From: Patescibacteria group bacterium
GTDB taxonomy: Bacteria; Patescibacteriota; Minisyncoccia; Phycocordibacterales; JBBTRF01
DNA length: 64,000 nucleotides
Assembly (NCBI GenBank): GCA_038065315.1
Contig: JBBTRF010000001.1
Span: forward strand, 464,458 to 528,457
Reading direction: 5' to 3'
The first letter of the stretch is position 1, and each line of letters starts with the position of its first letter. Positions 57,263 to 64,000 of this stretch are shown here, one piece after another. The notes below the pieces were generated by a model. That model was not told where the DNA came from and did no database searches. It saw nothing but the letters and a program-made list of their open reading frames with translations. The translations under genes and the position numbers were made by a program.

Positions 57263-57580
57263 CTATTTTTTCTGCGAGTCCACAAATTGCTTTTGAATCC
57301 GGAGAATTTCGTCAAAAGAATCGTTCGAAGAGGTGCGATTGCGGCGCTCGGTGCCGCAGCGAGTACAGACATGATAGAGGACGTACTCGCTTTTTTGCGT
57401 TTCAATGCGTGCTGGCTTCATCATGCCGAGACACGGATTCGCCCGATCGCCAGGCTGAATATCGACGTGCTTCGCCCAAAGACATGCTGGGCAGTGATTG
57501 GTGTAGCCATTCCCTTTCACTGCCGCGCCACAATGTTCACAGGTGAAGTCTTCGATCTTTCGGATAAAGATTTTTGCCAT
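57263..57580 (-). CDS. RNHCP-domain zinc-finger protein
   Basis: FTCEHCG...YTNHCPACLWAKHVD..PGDRA..C.GMM...CTRCG. Confidence 0.9.
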   Translation of the reverse strand: MAKIFIRKIEDFTCEHCGAAVKGNGYTNHCPACLWAKHVDIQPGDRANPCLGMMKPARIETQKSEYVLYHVCTRCGTERRNRTSSNDSFDEILRIQKQFVDSQKK

Positions 57581-57633
57581 ACAGCGAGCATACGCTAGTC
57601 AGACTTTTTTCTCAACTTTTTTGCCACTTCGCT

Positions 57634-58569
57634 CTATTTTTTCGCCAAGGAAACGGTCGCGCCGAGAATATGCAGGAAGCCTTCTTGTGCGAGCGTTGTG
57701 ATATTTGTATCAATGTCTCTTTGAGTGACCTTGAGAGTCTTCGGGGATTTTGGTGTCAAGATATTTTTTCGCACACCATTCAAAAGGACTTTCTTTGTGC
57801 AACCATTCACATATTCGGGCCTGGCAAGGACAGCCAAGATCGCTCCTCTCACCTGCCGATTCGAACCGACAAATGCTGATTGTCTTTTATACCCCTTGCC
57901 CTGGCGATTGGGATTCTCTACAACACCCTTCAACATAGAGCCGTAGTCCATAAGGGCGTAATACCATTCTCGCGGGCCACTTCGAGAAGTATTTTGCACC
58001 CGTCCCCTATCCGACTCTGGTAACATCCTCTCTACCAAAGCGAGAATGTCCATATCAGACACTTTCGTTTGACCTTTAAAAAAGCGGTGGATGAAGACTC
58101 GTCGAATATTTGTCTCGATAAAAGACACGCGAACATTCCAAGCGAAGGCGGAAATCGAACAAGCTGTGGCATAGCCGATGTGCGGCAGTGCATCAAGCTC
58201 TTCCACTGAAAGTTTCGGTAGGGTGTAGTGCCATTTCTCCCCGGCTAGTGCCGCAATCTTTTTCAGCGCGAGCGCACGACGATTGTAGCCGAGACCCCGC
58301 CAAACAGCGATCACCTCTGCGACTGAAGCCCTGTCGAGCGTCTCGAATGTCGGAAACTTCTCGATAAACTCTTGATACTTCCCCACCACCCAGCTCGCCT
58401 GCGTCTGCTGAAGCATCAGCTCGGAAACGAGAATTTTGTATGGATCTCCGTAATGTTCCGGACGACGCCATGGAAAATCCCGCTTGTTTCGAGCGTAATA
58501 CTGCCAAATCTCCTTCTGGAATTGCTGAATCTGCTTCTGCGATATGCTTTTTGGTCGCACTGGTCGCAT
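57634..58569 (-). CDS. mutY: A/G-specific adenine glycosylase-like (HhH-GPD)
   Basis: RDFPWR, PYKILVSELMLQQTQ, WRGLGYNRRA, LPHIG.ATA, ALMDYG. Confidence 0.88.
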   Translation of the reverse strand: MRPVRPKSISQKQIQQFQKEIWQYYARNKRDFPWRRPEHYGDPYKILVSELMLQQTQASWVVGKYQEFIEKFPTFETLDRASVAEVIAVWRGLGYNRRALALKKIAALAGEKWHYTLPKLSVEELDALPHIGYATACSISAFAWNVRVSFIETNIRRVFIHRFFKGQTKVSDMDILALVERMLPESDRGRVQNTSRSGPREWYYALMDYGSMLKGVVENPNRQGKGYKRQSAFVGSNRQVRGAILAVLARPEYVNGCTKKVLLNGVRKNILTPKSPKTLKVTQRDIDTNITTLAQEGFLHILGATVSLAKK

Positions 58570-58579
58570 TTGTTATCTG

Positions 58580-58652
58580 TCGGGGCGCAGGGATTCGAAC
58601 CCTGAGTCGCCTGTTCCCAAAACAGGAATGTTAGCCGTTACACCACGCCCCG
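58580..58652 (-). tRNA. tRNA-Pro(TGG)
   Basis: CGGGGCG...CCTGT-TTTGGGA-ACAGG...GGTTCGAATCC...CGCCCCGA. Confidence 0.95.
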
Positions 58653-58757
58653 ATATTTCTTTTTTACTGCCGAGCTTCACCATACTAGCACAGGAGTCTA
58701 GCAACTTCAATGGAATTGCGTGAATTCGGGACGCAGCCACGCATACTAAGAACAAAT

Positions 58758-59207
58758 CTACAGTACTGGGATAAAAGAAACCCTCGCGAGCCGTGTTTCG
58801 CTATTTAGCAGCACAGAGATCACTCCTAGTCGCCAAGGTGTTTCTTGTGAAACACCCTTCTGGTCCAGGTATATGGTGATTGTCCTATAGAGCTTCGCCA
58901 ACTTTCTTCGATCCACCTGTTCTTCTGGGCGAAATCCTCCAGAACCAAGTTCATTACCCCACTCAGCACAAGGAAAGGATCCCACGGATAAAGTCTTCAC
59001 TTCAAAGAACCAGAGGGTGCCGGTGGATGTTTCATGTGCAACAATGTCAATTTCCCCACACTTTTGACGAAAGTTAGCCTCAAAACGACTAAAACCACGT
59101 TTCACAAGGAACATTTTGGCGATTTTCTCACCTAATTGCCCTGTTTCTGAGGTATTTTTCTTTTTTTGTGGTATTTGCATATTTGGTTTCACGTGAAACG
59201 TTTTCAT
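58758..59207 (-). CDS. YraN-family putative endonuclease (start uncertain)
   Basis: GQLGEKIA, NFRQKCGEIDIVA, FFEVKT, PEEQV. Confidence 0.85.
   Translation of the reverse strand: MKTFHVKPNMQIPQKKKNTSETGQLGEKIAKMFLVKRGFSRFEANFRQKCGEIDIVAHETSTGTLWFFEVKTLSVGSFPCAEWGNELGSGGFRPEEQVDRRKLAKLYRTITIYLDQKGVSQETPWRLGVISVLLNSETRLARVSFIPVL
58839..59200. promoter_or_regulatory. Cluster of parS-like sites
   Basis: TGTTTCTTGTGAAACA 58839, TGTTTCATGTGCAACA 59028, CGTTTCACAAGGAACA 59098, GGTTTCACGTGAAACG 59185. Confidence 0.75.
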
Positions 59208-59339
59208 TTTTACTCTCGGACATGCTCTTAAGCTCTGTAATTATCCTTTATACTAGCCATATTTCTGAGAAATTAAGCATAAAAATGTGTGCCTTATCGG
59301 ACTTTTATAGCCATATTTTGACCTCAAAAAGACTGTCCT

Positions 59340-59369
59340 TTATACACACTGTGCACATAGTTATCCACA
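59340..59369 (+). promoter_or_regulatory. DnaA boxes
   Basis: TTATACACA 59340-59348 and TTATCCACA 59361-59369 in an AT-rich intergenic stretch. Confidence 0.6.
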
Positions 59370-59536
59370 GTTACGTCAATAGGGGCAGATTGAATACCCT
59401 TTGTTTTGATTGGACATTTTTGAGGAACAGACTCGGAATTCGCCGACGATCTACTACCTACCCACCGGCCTTCCATCAGCCATCTAAGGGACATTTCCTA
59501 CACCACCCTGTAGTCTTTACTAAGTCTTTTGCTTTG

Positions 59537-59607
59537 TGCGGTCAGAGAGAATCGAACTCTCATCTCAACCTTGGCAAGGTCGTGTTCTACCACTAAACCA
59601 TGACCGC
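59537..59607 (-). tRNA. tRNA-Gly(GCC)
   Basis: GCGGTCA...CGACC-TTGCCAA-GGTTG...GTTCGATTC...TGACCGCA. Confidence 0.95.
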
Positions 59608-59706
59608 AGTGCGACTATTTTACCTCACTTGCAGAAAAATTCAACAAGTCCGTGTGCGTCGAGCACATATCTCCTGCAAAAGGGGACATGGTCGACGCGC
59701 TACAGG

Positions 59707-59778
59707 TGCACCCATCAGGACTCGAACCTGAACTAACGGTTCCGAAGACCGTTGTGATATCCGTTTCACTATAGGTGC
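59707..59778 (-). tRNA. tRNA-Arg(TCG)
   Basis: GCACCTA...ACGGT-CTTCGGA-ACCGT...GGTTCGAGTCC...TGGGTGCA. Confidence 0.93.
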
Positions 59779-59860
59779 AAACAAATGCATCATACTCTAA
59801 AATTAGCTAAAACACAAAAGCTGTACTAAAATATAGCGACGAACAATCCTCTCAAGTAAC

Positions 59861-61333
59861 ATGAAAAAAGCGTCATTCTCAATACCAAAAGAAGTTTCAC
59901 GTGTCACCGAAACGCTAGAAAAGGCTAATTTAAAGGCTTTTTTGGTGGGTGGTTGCGTGCGTGACCTGCTCAGCGGAAAAAAACCGAAAGATTGGGATGT
60001 GACCACAGACGCGACTCCGGAGCAGATCATTGCGCTTTTCCCTGACACTTTCTACGAAAATACCTATGGCACCGTGGGGGTAGTGAACAAAGAAGAGGGG
60101 ATTGATGAGACTCTCAAGGTAATCGAAGTGACACCGTTCCGCCTCGAAGCCGACTACTCCGATGGTCGCCGCCCAGACCACGTCACCTTCAGCAAAAATA
60201 TCAAAGACGACCTCAAGCGCCGCGATTTCACCTTCAACGCTATCGCGCTCAGCTCGAAAGGGGAGATTGTGGATCTTTTTAAAGGACAGGACGATCTCAA
60301 AGCTCGCACCATTCGCGCTGTGGGCAACGCAGACGAACGTTTCAAGGAGGATGCACTCCGCATCCTGCGAGCAGTGCGAATTGCGACTGAGCACGATTTT
60401 AGCATCGTAAAGGACACGGAGAATGCGATCCGTGCTGATGTCCATATGCTGAAGAATATCTCCCAGGAGCGTATCCGCGACGAATTCAATCGTATTTTGA
60501 TGTCTTCGGAACCGATGAAGGGTCTCGTAATGGCTCAAAGCTTGGGTATTTTGAAATATATCGCTTCGGAACTTGAGCTTGCCATCGGCGTAGAGCAGAA
60601 TCAGGCACACGCCTATACCGTCTGGGAACATCTCTTGCGATCCATGCAGCACGCTGCCGACAAGAAATGGCCGCTGGAAATCCGTATCGCGGCTCTATTC
60701 CATGATATTTCTAAACCGGAGACGCGCCGCAAAGGCCCAAAAGGGGAGTGGACTTTCTATGGCCACGAGGTGGTTGGTTCACGTGTAACCAAGAAAATCC
60801 TTGAACGACTCAAGTATTCCAACGATATCATCGAAAAAGTCACCAAATTGGTACGCTGGCACATGTTTTTCAGTGACACCGAGCAGATCAGCCTGTCTGC
60901 AGTGCGTCGTATGGTGAATAACGTTGGTCAGGAAGACATCTGGAACCTCATGAACGTCCGTATTTGCGACCGTATCGGCACTGGGCGACCAAAAGAGAAC
61001 CCGTATCGACTGCGGAAGTATCACGCCATGATCGAAGAAGCCTTGCGCGATCCGATTTCTGTCGGGATGCTGAAGATAAATGGCGGCATTCTCATAAAAG
61101 AGCTCGATTTAGCGCCCGGACCGAAGATTGGCTTCATCTTGCATGCCCTACTCGAGGAAGTACTCGAAGATCCGAAGCTGAACACTGCAGAATATTTAAA
61201 AGAAAAGGCCCAAAAGCTCGCTCTTTTGCCTGAAGCCGACCTACAAAAGCTTGGTGCCGCTGGAAAAGATTCAAAAATGAAGGCGGACGAAGAGCTTGTA
61301 GCTGAAATACGCAAGAAACACTGGGTGGAATAG
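59861..61333 (+). CDS. cca: CCA tRNA nucleotidyltransferase with HD domain
   Basis: VGGCVRD, DWDVTT, RRDFTFNA, EDALRILRA, ERIRDE, FHDISKP. Confidence 0.93.
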   Translation: MKKASFSIPKEVSRVTETLEKANLKAFLVGGCVRDLLSGKKPKDWDVTTDATPEQIIALFPDTFYENTYGTVGVVNKEEGIDETLKVIEVTPFRLEADYSDGRRPDHVTFSKNIKDDLKRRDFTFNAIALSSKGEIVDLFKGQDDLKARTIRAVGNADERFKEDALRILRAVRIATEHDFSIVKDTENAIRADVHMLKNISQERIRDEFNRILMSSEPMKGLVMAQSLGILKYIASELELAIGVEQNQAHAYTVWEHLLRSMQHAADKKWPLEIRIAALFHDISKPETRRKGPKGEWTFYGHEVVGSRVTKKILERLKYSNDIIEKVTKLVRWHMFFSDTEQISLSAVRRMVNNVGQEDIWNLMNVRICDRIGTGRPKENPYRLRKYHAMIEEALRDPISVGMLKINGGILIKELDLAPGPKIGFILHALLEEVLEDPKLNTAEYLKEKAQKLALLPEADLQKLGAAGKDSKMKADEELVAEIRKKHWVE

Positions 61334-61779
61334 GGAATTCAACCAACAAAAAACCGCCACAGCGAGAGTACTGCGAGCGGTTCGAAGACCGCTACGAACA
61401 ATGGGTAGGACGACGAGTGAAGTTGATCTGCTGCGAAAGTGATTGCCTTCTTGGGTTAAAATAGTCCGTAAAGGACTTAAAAGGTTTGTGAAGGAATACT
61501 TTTACTACATTGACGACTCCAAAATGTCCACCGGAAAGTTCCGTTTGGCCTTCTAGATTACGAGCGTTGTTACTCGTGTGATTGTAGAAGAGCAGTTGCC
61601 AGTTGTGGGTAAGATTCGGACCTTGGTTCCCAATCTATTTTGTCCCGATCAATTTCTGGCCTGGAGTGATTGTATGTCCTTTATAAAATGCTGTAAAGGA
61701 CATGGTGTGGATAACTTACTTGTGATGTCCTTTATCAGGCGTACAATTACTATCAGTCGGTCAATCCTGGAGGACAATT

Positions 61780-61914
61780 ATGGCGAAAAGATCTGTAAAT
61801 GTGAGGAAGCCAGCGAGAAGATTGCTGTGCATCCCTCGGAGTCCACTATGGGCAAGCGCTCTGCGAGTCGGTTCTCTCGAACCGTCGCGCGCACCCATTC
61901 ATTGCAGGGACTAG
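61780..61914 (+). CDS. Candidate 44-aa basic small protein
   Basis: TACAAT at 61742, GGAGG SD, ORF MAKRSVNVRKPARRLLC..., terminator AAAGCGGCG...CGCCGCTTT. Confidence 0.5.
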   Translation: MAKRSVNVRKPARRLLCIPRSPLWASALRVGSLEPSRAPIHCRD

Positions 61915-62003
61915 AAACCCCTGCCCAGACGAAACGAAAGCGGCGCCCCATGGACGCCGCTTTGTTTTTGTAAAAACTATTTTATTTTCTTTTTGCGAAA
62001 CAC

Positions 62004-62798
62004 CTACTCCACTTCCACCATCACTGGGCAATGATCCGAGCCCATCACTTCTGGGAGGATCGCAGCAGACTTCAGGCGCGGCAATAGAGCAGGGGAGATG
62101 AGTACGTAGTCAATACGCCAACCGACATTTCTCTCGCGGGCGTTGGCAAAATGAGACCACCAGGTGTAGAAGCCGTTGCCTTTGTGGAAGACGCGGAAGG
62201 TATCAATGAGACCAGCGTCGATGAAAGCCTGGAAGCCGGCCCGCTCTTCATCAGTGAAGCCTTTCAAGCCGACATTCTCCTTTGGTCGCGCCAAATCTTC
62301 TGGAGTGTGGGCGACATTGAGATCGCCGCAGAAGATCACGGGCTTTTTCTTCTCGAGCTGCTTGCAATATGCGAGAAAAGCGGGGTCCCACTGCTTGTGG
62401 CGCAAAGGAACGCGGCTCAGATCGTCCTTGGCGTTCGGCGTATAAACTGTGACGACATAAAAATCGGGGTATTCGGCAGCAATGACGCGGCCCTCAGTGA
62501 GCGGGTCGCCATACTCATCAGCGCAAAGCCCGTGCTTCTTCACGATCGCTTCAGGCAGGCCGTTCAAAACAGCGAGCGGCTTCTCTTTGGTGAAGATCGC
62601 CGTGCCAGAGTAGCCTTTTTTCTCAGCGGAGTTCCAATATTCGCTATATTCGGCCAGGTCCACCTCCGACTGGCTCTCCTGAGCCTTGGTTTCTTGCAAA
62701 CACAAAATATCCGGCTGATATTTTTCGACAAACGGCACAAACAAGCCCTTTTTGTGCACCGCGCGGATACCGTTCACATTCCAAGAGATGATTTTCAT
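62004..62798 (-). CDS. xth: Exodeoxyribonuclease III / AP endonuclease
   Basis: SWNVNG, LQETK, GYSG, CGDLN, GWRIDY, GSDHCP. Confidence 0.96.
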   Translation of the reverse strand: MKIISWNVNGIRAVHKKGLFVPFVEKYQPDILCLQETKAQESQSEVDLAEYSEYWNSAEKKGYSGTAIFTKEKPLAVLNGLPEAIVKKHGLCADEYGDPLTEGRVIAAEYPDFYVVTVYTPNAKDDLSRVPLRHKQWDPAFLAYCKQLEKKKPVIFCGDLNVAHTPEDLARPKENVGLKGFTDEERAGFQAFIDAGLIDTFRVFHKGNGFYTWWSHFANARERNVGWRIDYVLISPALLPRLKSAAILPEVMGSDHCPVMVEVE

Positions 62799-62883
62799 GG
62801 GGCAAATGATAGCATGAAACACTCGCACAAGGTTTTCACTATGCCTCATTGCGCCAATGTTCGATATTTGTCATAATTCTCAC

Positions 62884-63165
62884 ATGAACACACATGAATC
62901 AGTCGGCGACCAACCAAAATCAGCGCTTCAAGAAAAGCTCTCTGACTTGCCAAAAACTACCGCGGCCCTAGACGAAATATTCAACAGCGGCAAGATTGAA
63001 GGTTCTTTCGAGAACTTCGTGGCAAAAGTTTCCACTCCGGAAGATGTGAAATTGACGATGCAAATCGTCGAAAAATACCTCAATGCCTGCGAAGATAGCG
63101 ATGTGCGGATAAAAAATGCAGCAATCGCAGAAGTCGGGGCATTGATGGATCGTCTGTATAGCTAG
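62884..63165 (+). CDS. Hypothetical protein
   Basis: 93-aa acidic ORF filling the intergenic gap. Confidence 0.55.
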   Translation: MNTHESVGDQPKSALQEKLSDLPKTTAALDEIFNSGKIEGSFENFVAKVSTPEDVKLTMQIVEKYLNACEDSDVRIKNAAIAEVGALMDRLYS

Positions 63166-63201
63166 TCCGGAGCCGAGAGAAAGTCGCCCTGCTCGCAGCG
63201 C

Positions 63202-63678
63202 CTATTTCATTCGCTCCAAAGAAGCGAGTGCGGCATCCTCCTTGGTCGTATCGAGACCGAGGCGTTCGAGATTGTCTCGAAAATCCTGGAGCTTCGCGAT
63301 CGCGGATGCCATATTCGACTCTTCGAGTGCCCTGTCACGCTTGCGCTCCTCAGCAGCAGCCTGAGCGGCCTGCTCCTCGCGAATGGAGCGCATGTCATTG
63401 GTGATGCCCTGAATTTCAACATCATCGGCGCACGCACGGCGGAGTGCTTCATTTAACAAATCGGTAAAAGCAAGAGAATCGTCTGCAGAAATCTCAGGGT
63501 CTGCAAGAAGGTCTTGCTTGAGCGCAGTTCTTCGCTTGTCCACAGCGGCGTCGAGATAACCTTTGAGAGTCTGATATGCGCCCTCTGGGTTATCTTCAAA
63601 CTTACCCGCGACCTCTGTGCGAATCGCATCGAGAGATGTCACATCGCTCTGTTCAAAACCTTTTCCTTCGGTTGCCAT
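63202..63678 (-). CDS. Hypothetical helical/coiled-coil protein
   Basis: 158-aa ORF with genome-like codon usage. Confidence 0.65.
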   Translation of the reverse strand: MATEGKGFEQSDVTSLDAIRTEVAGKFEDNPEGAYQTLKGYLDAAVDKRRTALKQDLLADPEISADDSLAFTDLLNEALRRACADDVEIQGITNDMRSIREEQAAQAAAEERKRDRALEESNMASAIAKLQDFRDNLERLGLDTTKEDAALASLERMK

Positions 63679-63745
63679 GATGTTCGTGGATTATGTATGT
63701 AATGTAATAACGTATCCAAAGTATAGCGCGACGGGCGACTGTCCG

Positions 63746-64000
63746 CTACTTCCGATTATGAAACTTCTTGTGCACCTCGCGAAGCTGCTTGTCGGTGACG
63801 TGGGTGTAGATCTGGGTGGTTCCGATATTGGCATGGCCGAGCAGCATCTGCACGGAGCGGAGGTCGGCACCGTTTTGGAGGAGGTCGGTGGCGAAGCTGT
63901 GGCGGATGACGTGAGGCGTGACCTTCTTCGATATACCAGACTTCACACCGTAATGTTTGACGATGCGTTCCACCGAGCGGGCCGTAAGGCGGGTGGTGCT
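63746..64000 (-). CDS. XerC/XerD-type tyrosine recombinase (5' part outside window)
   Basis: [32 protein letters not shown]. Confidence 0.92.
   Translation of the reverse strand, partial: STTRLTARSVERIVKHYGVKSGISKKVTPHVIRHSFATDLLQNGADLRSVQMLLGHANIGTTQIYTHVTDKQLREVHKKFHNRK

Noticed and set aside
61531-61545. GGAAAGTTCC resembling RNase P RNA P4
   Set aside because: No GAGGAAAGTCC match and no complementary 3' P4 strand nearby.

Overview
Bacterial chromosome segment in genetic code 11 (TGA is used as stop), most likely Patescibacteria/CPR (Parcubacteria-like). That assignment is inferred from the gene repertoire: type IV pilus/ComEC, GIGTTSP-repeat surface proteins, trigger factor lacking its PPIase domain, tRNA-Arg(UCG), and many leaderless starts. 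Positions 1-26 kb hold the minus-strand str-S10-spc ribosomal protein cluster (rpsL to rplR). It is broken at three points (rpsG|fusA, fusA|tuf, rplB|rpsS) by accessory islands carrying toxin-antitoxin genes, an NYN RNase, a decaying Liv-type ABC locus and surface proteins. The remainder is housekeeping (folD, sod, comEC, rnhA, recJ, pgk, tpiA, pilB/C, nusA, ppa, tig, clpP, rny, hup, mutY, cca, xth, xer), four tRNAs and a parS/DnaA-box cluster near 59 kb. The top finding is a self-contained minus-strand unit at about 51.85-53.62 kb: promoter, a divergent DUF1874/AcrIII-1-like (ring nuclease fold) gene, a type III hammerhead ribozyme, a highly base-paired spacer, a second type III hammerhead, two small putative DNA-binding ORFs, and a terminator. 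Double self-cleavage would excise a 297-nt, potentially circularisable, retrozyme/viroid-like RNA. The second finding is a family of five ~90-115-nt covarying three-way-junction hairpin elements, four of them at the borders of the islands in the ribosomal cluster. All calls are by eye from the sequence; no database searches were run.
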